A DNA stretch of 64,000 nt from Fimbriimonadia bacterium. Its GTDB lineage: Bacteria > Armatimonadota > Fimbriimonadia > Fimbriimonadales > JABRVX01. The position numbers were made by a program, and so were the translations under genes. The stretch spans positions 320,001-384,000 of the forward strand of contig JBGPGO010000001.1 of the NCBI GenBank assembly GCA_041483895.1. Direction: 5' to 3'. The notes below the pieces were generated by a model that worked only from the letters and a program-made list of their open reading frames with translations, was not told the origin of the DNA and did not search any database. Shown here piece by piece: positions 58,928-64,000 of this stretch (position 1 is its first letter; each line of letters opens with the position of its first letter).

Positions 58928-59838
58928 TGCAATTCCCTCCGGATATTTCCCCATGCGGACTGTAATGCCCGCTTGCTGTTGGCGATGGCAAGCGCGCTCG
59001 TATGGCCCAATGACTTGATCGGCTTCACTTCAAAACTCAAGATGTTCTCGCCGCCCGGCGACAGGTACCCAATCTCAATCAGCCCTTCTAGATAGTCGGT
59101 CAGCTCGGGTATGCCGTTTTCCCCGCCCTCAATCCCCAAGTAGGGATGTTCGTCACCATAGGCGGGATGGGCAGGGTCGCGCATGGCACAGTTGCCCATG
59201 TGCGCGTGCACGAGATATTCCTTGGCGACCCGGAGCGTCTCTTTTGGCCGCTCGCCCAGCAACGGCAAATGGGACAGATCCAACATCAGGCCGCAATTCG
59301 GATACCGCTTTCGAATCTTTGCGCAGACCGCGACCGCCTCCGTGGTCGGACCTATCAGGCAGTTCTTGCCAAACGGGACCCGATCGAAGGCCTCAATACT
59401 GATCGGCATCGCACGGGCATATTCGCAAATCTCATACATTGATTCCAAGAATCGGTCGGTCGCCGCGGGGATGTCCTCCGATGTTTTGCCGCTCAGGACG
59501 GCGAGCGCCGACGCTCCGACCTCCCCCGCCTCATTGATGCATTCCCGAACCTGCCGAACCGCCTTCGCCCGCTCCCCGGCATCGCTATGGTTCAGGTCCA
59601 AGCCCTGCGTCAGCAGCGTCGGTTGAGCGCCATAAGTGTACTTTATGCCCGCTTGCTGTAGGATCGACCGGACTTCCGACCGGCTGTTGTCGTCCTTGAT
59701 CCACGAAATCTCCAGCCCAGTGAAGTAGGAATCTTCGGCCAGCGCCGTTATCGTCTCGACGATGGGACCCTCCCCGCGAATGCATTCGGGGTAGGCCATG
59801 AAGTGAACGATGCCAAGTCGGCAGTGGTTTTGGATCAC
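58918..59838 (-). CDS. Sugar phosphate isomerase/epimerase (xylose isomerase-like TIM barrel)
   Basis: ISIEAFD, GLMLDLSH, HAHMGN, GDEHP and SFEVKP. Confidence 0.85.
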   Translation of the reverse strand: MIQNHCRLGIVHFMAYPECIRGEGPIVETITALAEDSYFTGLEISWIKDDNSRSEVRSILQQAGIKYTYGAQPTLLTQGLDLNHSDAGERAKAVRQVRECINEAGEVGASALAVLSGKTSEDIPAATDRFLESMYEICEYARAMPISIEAFDRVPFGKNCLIGPTTEAVAVCAKIRKRYPNCGLMLDLSHLPLLGERPKETLRVAKEYLVHAHMGNCAMRDPAHPAYGDEHPYLGIEGGENGIPELTDYLEGLIEIGYLSPGGENILSFEVKPIKSLGHTSALAIANSKRALQSAWGNIRRELQCS

Positions 59839-61085
59839 TGCTTCGTGGCTTTGACCTGTATCCAGCGGTGCCCGGTGATGTCGCCCGACGAGAACTTGGC
59901 CACGGCCTCGATTCGCTGCACGCCGCTCGTGCCCGCCGGCACTAGGAATTCGATGCCGATTCGCGCCTTGTCGGCTCGCCCCATCAGACTGAAACGCGTC
60001 CCCGGCCCTCGCTTTGCCTTCCAGCCCTCCGGCAGCACAAGGTCAAATGTGCCGCTCATCTTGGCGGGGGTGTTGTTGCGAATGCGGACCCAACTGATAA
60101 TCGTCCAGTCCGTCGCCTCGGAATTCACGACCTCGGGGATGCCCCATTCGAATGTAAGGAGCGGCAGGATTTCAAAGCTGCTGGTGGCATGGAAGGTCCT
60201 TCCATCGGCGAGCTCCCCGGTCACGTCGATGGCATGGAACCCCGGTGTTATGTTGTCATTCACTTTGGTGGAATAGGACGTGGTGGTCTTTTGCCCTGCG
60301 GCGAGCGGCTCCAGCGCCCTCTCCACGGTGTCCACCCATTTGTCCGTTGTTCCGCCACCGGTGAATTTGACTCGCTTTAGATCGATCGCATCGCCGGCAC
60401 TATTCTTCAGTTCAAAGCCGAGATTCAGGTCGGACCCGGCATCCATGCGGCGGGCCTTGAAGTTGGACTTCCAGACGAGACCTGCCGGGATATCCGCGCC
60501 CTTGTCCAGAACGAGCATCGCGGGAGCGCAGGCACGCGGGGAGAACGGTTGGAATTCTGTTCCTTCAACCACATCGAACCGCGCCGCGAGGCGCTTGTTT
60601 TCTTTCAGCTCCAGGCCATAAGGATTCGTGGCGGGGATTCGGATTTCAACGGTCCAATCGCTCGCGGCGCCGCTGGCCTTGAATATCAGAGCGGTCTGAA
60701 TTAGGTTGGCGTCCTTCCACTGCGGTCCGGCGACGTTCGTGGCGTCGAGCAGCTTTACCGTGACCGTGGCATTCGTTCCGTCGAAGGTCGCCACAAACTG
60801 AAGGTTGTCCGCGCCCACCAGCCAACCGTTGCCTTCGCAATCGAGTGAGACGACAATCGCTTTGCCGATCGGGGCCGACCCTGCGGCATACAGCGCCTCG
60901 TAGTCCCACTGGAGATATCCCGTGCTTCCCGGGAAAAACGGATCCCATTCGGCAGGCGATATCACGCCGTCAAGCTTCGGGGTAAGGGCCTGGCGTCCCA
61001 CGACAATCCCTTCCGGGATGGCTGTGAAATCCGGGTCCGCGGTCGCTCCATTCACCGTAAGCAGCAGTGCAAATAAAATTAGCAA
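59835..61085 (-). CDS. Exported protein, CBM9/DOMON-like N-terminus plus Ig-like (NEW3-like) domains
   Basis: TPKLDGVISPAEW, LQWDYEALY, WTVEIRIP and LVLPEGW. Confidence 0.65.
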   Translation of the reverse strand: MLILFALLLTVNGATADPDFTAIPEGIVVGRQALTPKLDGVISPAEWDPFFPGSTGYLQWDYEALYAAGSAPIGKAIVVSLDCEGNGWLVGADNLQFVATFDGTNATVTVKLLDATNVAGPQWKDANLIQTALIFKASGAASDWTVEIRIPATNPYGLELKENKRLAARFDVVEGTEFQPFSPRACAPAMLVLDKGADIPAGLVWKSNFKARRMDAGSDLNLGFELKNSAGDAIDLKRVKFTGGGTTDKWVDTVERALEPLAAGQKTTTSYSTKVNDNITPGFHAIDVTGELADGRTFHATSSFEILPLLTFEWGIPEVVNSEATDWTIISWVRIRNNTPAKMSGTFDLVLPEGWKAKRGPGTRFSLMGRADKARIGIEFLVPAGTSGVQRIEAVAKFSSGDITGHRWIQVKATKQ

Positions 61086-61101
61086 TCCAAGGCTCCTTCC
61101 A

Positions 61102-62295
61102 CTATTGCTTTGTATGCCGATACTGTCTCAAAAAGGCCGGGACATCAAGGTCCTCGTCCGTAAACACCAGCGTGTCGTCCGAAACCTTGCGGCGTTCGAC
61201 AACGGAAGGTTCGGTCCTTTCCACAACCGGCTCTTGCACGGGCGCGGGCCTCGGCGCCACGGCGGGCCGTTGCGCCGGCAGCTCCACAGCGGCGGTGTAC
61301 GAACGCACCTCTTTGGCCTTGCGCTCCTTGGGCCGGTCGATCCATTCCCCGCCGATTCCGGCCGCCAAGACCGTGATTCGGACTTCTTCGCCCAGCGACT
61401 CGTCGAGCACATGGCCCATGATGATGTTCGCTTCCGTCGTATCCGCGTGGCCTTGAATGTATCGCATCGCCTCGTTGGCTTCGATCAAGGTCAGGTTCGG
61501 CCCGGCGGTGATGTTGACGAGCAGCCGGGTCGCGCCGTTGATGGAGGTATCCAACAGAGGGCTGGAGACGGCGGCCTCGGCGGCGGTCGCGGCACGGTGT
61601 TCGCCGGTTCCGACTCCGATTCCCATCAGGGCGGGCCCCGCGTTCTCCATGATCGTCCGAACGTCCGCAAAGTCCACGTTGATCAGGCCGGGAACCAAGA
61701 TGATGTCCGAAATCCCCTGAACCCCCTGCCGCAGCACGTCGTCGGCCACGCGAAAGGCATCGATCATCGTTGTCTTACGCTCGACCACCTCGAGCAGTCG
61801 GTCATTCGGGATGGTGATGATCGTGTCAACCTTGTCCCGCAGCGAACCGACGCCCTCTTCGCCAACTCGCTTGCGACGCGGACCCTCGAATGCGAAGGGC
61901 CGCGTGACGACGGCGATGGTGAGTGCGCCGATGTCTCGCGCCATATCGGCGATAACCGTGGAAGCCCCGGTACCGGTTCCGCCACCCATGCCGGCGGTTA
62001 GGAACACCATGTCCGCGCCTTCCAGCACTTTGCGGATTTCCGTGCGGCTCTCCTCGGCGGCGCTCTTGCCGACCTCAGGATTCCCGCCCGCGCCCAACCC
62101 GCGCGTCAGATTCCCTCCCAGGGCCACCTTTTTCGGCGCCATCGCCAGATCGAGCACCTGCATATCGGTGTTCATGGCGATGAACTCAACACCCTGTATC
62201 CCGGCCTCGATCATTCGGTTGACCGCGTTCGAACCGCCGCCGCCCACACCGACGACCTTGATGCGCGCATGAAACTCCTGACTATTCCCTAGCAT
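61102..62295 (-). CDS. ftsZ: Cell division protein FtsZ
   Basis: [32 protein letters not shown]-terminal DLDVPAFLR. Confidence 0.98.
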   Translation of the reverse strand: MLGNSQEFHARIKVVGVGGGGSNAVNRMIEAGIQGVEFIAMNTDMQVLDLAMAPKKVALGGNLTRGLGAGGNPEVGKSAAEESRTEIRKVLEGADMVFLTAGMGGGTGTGASTVIADMARDIGALTIAVVTRPFAFEGPRRKRVGEEGVGSLRDKVDTIITIPNDRLLEVVERKTTMIDAFRVADDVLRQGVQGISDIILVPGLINVDFADVRTIMENAGPALMGIGVGTGEHRAATAAEAAVSSPLLDTSINGATRLLVNITAGPNLTLIEANEAMRYIQGHADTTEANIIMGHVLDESLGEEVRITVLAAGIGGEWIDRPKERKAKEVRSYTAAVELPAQRPAVAPRPAPVQEPVVERTEPSVVERRKVSDDTLVFTDEDLDVPAFLRQYRHTKQ

Positions 62296-62363
62296 TCTTT
62301 CCCCTTCCAATGGACCTTGCTTATTGACGATGCGATCGTCAATGAAATCGAACTATGGATATC

Positions 62364-63584
62364 TTATCGATCGCGGGCGAACAGCTTGCGCCGGATCGTC
62401 TGAAGCCAGTCGCCCCGCCGGCCTCCCAATTCCTCTTCCTTGAGCAACAGAATGCCCTGCTGCGCCAGGCCCACGGCCGTCACCCACTCCGGAGTGTTGA
62501 TGGTCATGTCGATCCCTGCCAGGCCGCGCGGCGTGCCGATGCGTACCGGCAGGCCGCTGATCACGTCGCTTGCCAGTTTACGCGCGCCTTCCAGTTTGGC
62601 TCCGCCGCCGGTCAGCACGATGCCGCCCGGAAGGACGCCGAGCCGGCCGCTTCTTTCCAGATGACGCCGGACGAACTCGAATAGCTCCCACATCCGCGAC
62701 TGGATGATCTCGCACAGCATTTTGCGTCGCAGCATGCGATTCGTCGGCTGGCCGATCTGGTGGACCTCCACAACATCTTCCTCAGCAATCTCTTGATACC
62801 GGGTGGAGCCATAGGCGAGCTTCAGGCGTTCGGCCTCCTCCGGCGACGTCTTCAAAAGTTTGCAAATATCGTTGGTAACGTGCTTGCCGCCGACCGGGAT
62901 GACACCGAGGTAGGCCAGCGACCCGGCTTCGAACACGGAAATCTCGCAGCTTCCCCCACCGATGTCTACAAGCGCCGTTCCGATACCCCGCTGGCTGTCG
63001 TCCAACAGGGCCTCTGAATGCGCGATCGGTTCGAGTACTAGGTCCATCACCTCGAGATTCGCCTTTTCCACCGCCCGCACGACGTTCTGGATGTTCGTCG
63101 AACCACCAATCGCGACGTTCGTGGTCACCTCTAATCGCGTACCATAGAGTCCGACCGGTTGGGTGACGCCATTCCGACCGTCAACGGAATAGCATCGGGG
63201 AAGAACTTCCAAAACCTCTTGGTCGGGGGCGAGGTGGATATGGCGGCTGCTATCCAACGCGCGTCGGACATCGTCTACCGTGATTTCGCGCATGGGAGGC
63301 GATAGCGTCAACTTGCCTTCCCCCTTTTCCAGCGCGATATGCTCGCCCGATACGCCGACAAACACGCCCTCGATTGCGACATTGCCGGCCTGTCCCGCCA
63401 ACCGGACGGCGGCCTGACTTGCCCGGACAGTCTCGTCCATATCGATGACGCTGCCCTTGCTCATCCCCTTGCACGGCTCCGCTCCATATCCGATGACGCG
63501 CGCCTCTCCCTCGTGGTCCGTACCCGCAACGATACAGCGAACGTGTGTCGATCCTAGGTCTAGTCCAGCAACATGGCGAATCAT
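62364..63584 (-). CDS. ftsA: Cell division protein FtsA
   Basis: GLDLGS, VDIGGG, PVGGKHVTNDI, AERLK, VLTGGG; amphipathic C-terminus. Confidence 0.95.
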   Translation of the reverse strand: MIRHVAGLDLGSTHVRCIVAGTDHEGEARVIGYGAEPCKGMSKGSVIDMDETVRASQAAVRLAGQAGNVAIEGVFVGVSGEHIALEKGEGKLTLSPPMREITVDDVRRALDSSRHIHLAPDQEVLEVLPRCYSVDGRNGVTQPVGLYGTRLEVTTNVAIGGSTNIQNVVRAVEKANLEVMDLVLEPIAHSEALLDDSQRGIGTALVDIGGGSCEISVFEAGSLAYLGVIPVGGKHVTNDICKLLKTSPEEAERLKLAYGSTRYQEIAEEDVVEVHQIGQPTNRMLRRKMLCEIIQSRMWELFEFVRRHLERSGRLGVLPGGIVLTGGGAKLEGARKLASDVISGLPVRIGTPRGLAGIDMTINTPEWVTAVGLAQQGILLLKEEELGGRRGDWLQTIRRKLFARDR

Positions 63585-63590
63585 AAATAG

Positions 63591-63965
63591 TTACCCCGGG
63601 GCTTCCTCTCCCAGTTTTTTCATTTCGGCGCCCGTAATTAGATGCCTGCGGATAATGGAGAGATTTGTGAAAATTCTACCTCCCAAGACGACCACGGCGG
63701 CGAGGAAAAGATCGATTCCGACCTGGTCGCCGCAATAAGCGAGACCGGAGGCGGTAATTGCGTTCACCGCAAAGCCGCTCACGAATATCTTGGGATCGAA
63801 GTTTCGATCCATCGCCGACCGGATGCCGCCGATGAGGGTGTCGAGGCCGGCGAGGGCGGCAACCGACAGATAGCTGCCGAAGCTGGCGTTGACGGTAATA
63901 GGGGCCTGTACCCACCAGGCGACGACAATGCCGAGAATGAGCGCGAGGATGGGAATCAGGATCAT
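63591..63965 (-). CDS. sbp: Small basic protein (DUF1290)
   Basis: YLSVAALAGLDTLIGGIR...FVSGF...RIFTNLSIIRR; directly upstream of ftsA. Confidence 0.88.
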   Translation of the reverse strand: MILIPILALILGIVVAWWVQAPITVNASFGSYLSVAALAGLDTLIGGIRSAMDRNFDPKIFVSGFAVNAITASGLAYCGDQVGIDLFLAAVVVLGGRIFTNLSIIRRHLITGAEMKKLGEEAPG

Positions 63966-64000
63966 TGCTTTGGCTTCTCGATTGGCTTCGCGTATTGAAT
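63962..64000 (-). CDS. 3' end of a probable DUF881 (YlxW/YlxX-like) protein
   Basis: ...IQYAKPIEKPKQ* with ATGA overlap onto sbp. The YAKP tail and gene position fit DUF881, but only 13 codons are visible. Confidence 0.45.
   Translation of the reverse strand: MQYAKPIEKPKQ

Overview
GC-rich bacterial chromosome segment of about 55 genes. No rRNA, tRNA, CRISPR array, transposase or prophage was seen. The lineage is probably Armatimonadota or another Terrabacterium; this is an inference from the DUF881-sbp-ftsA-ftsZ order, the YabN-type MazG fusion and the dockerin-tailed secreted protein. Core genes include pruA, an actinobacterial-type (Sdh1-like) succinate dehydrogenase operon, an OGG1-like glycosylase, ligA, ubiX, trpG/pabA, a nucleoside-type ABC transporter, fliA, a prsA-like foldase, mazG, ppdK, queG, ftsZ and ftsA. 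Many secreted or lipoprotein genes are interspersed. Most notable observations: (1) an AT-richer ABC-ATPase plus small TOPRIM-like gene pair inserted between ligA and ogg, a candidate defence system; (2) at least six distinct families of REP/REPIN-like palindromes, three of which also sit in frame inside queG, with further candidate inserts in other enzymes; (3) a promoter-driven, multi-stem, unassigned RNA upstream of the fliA unit; (4) a hicAB-like module with a perfect 20-bp palindrome; (5) enzymes with altered catalytic residues (class III cyclase, clostripain Cys->Ser); (6) a DUF1287 gene with no stop at its normal end, reading about 1 kb antisense into ppdK; (7) a recurring leaderless-promoter signature. 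All family calls come from motif recognition by eye, not database searches.
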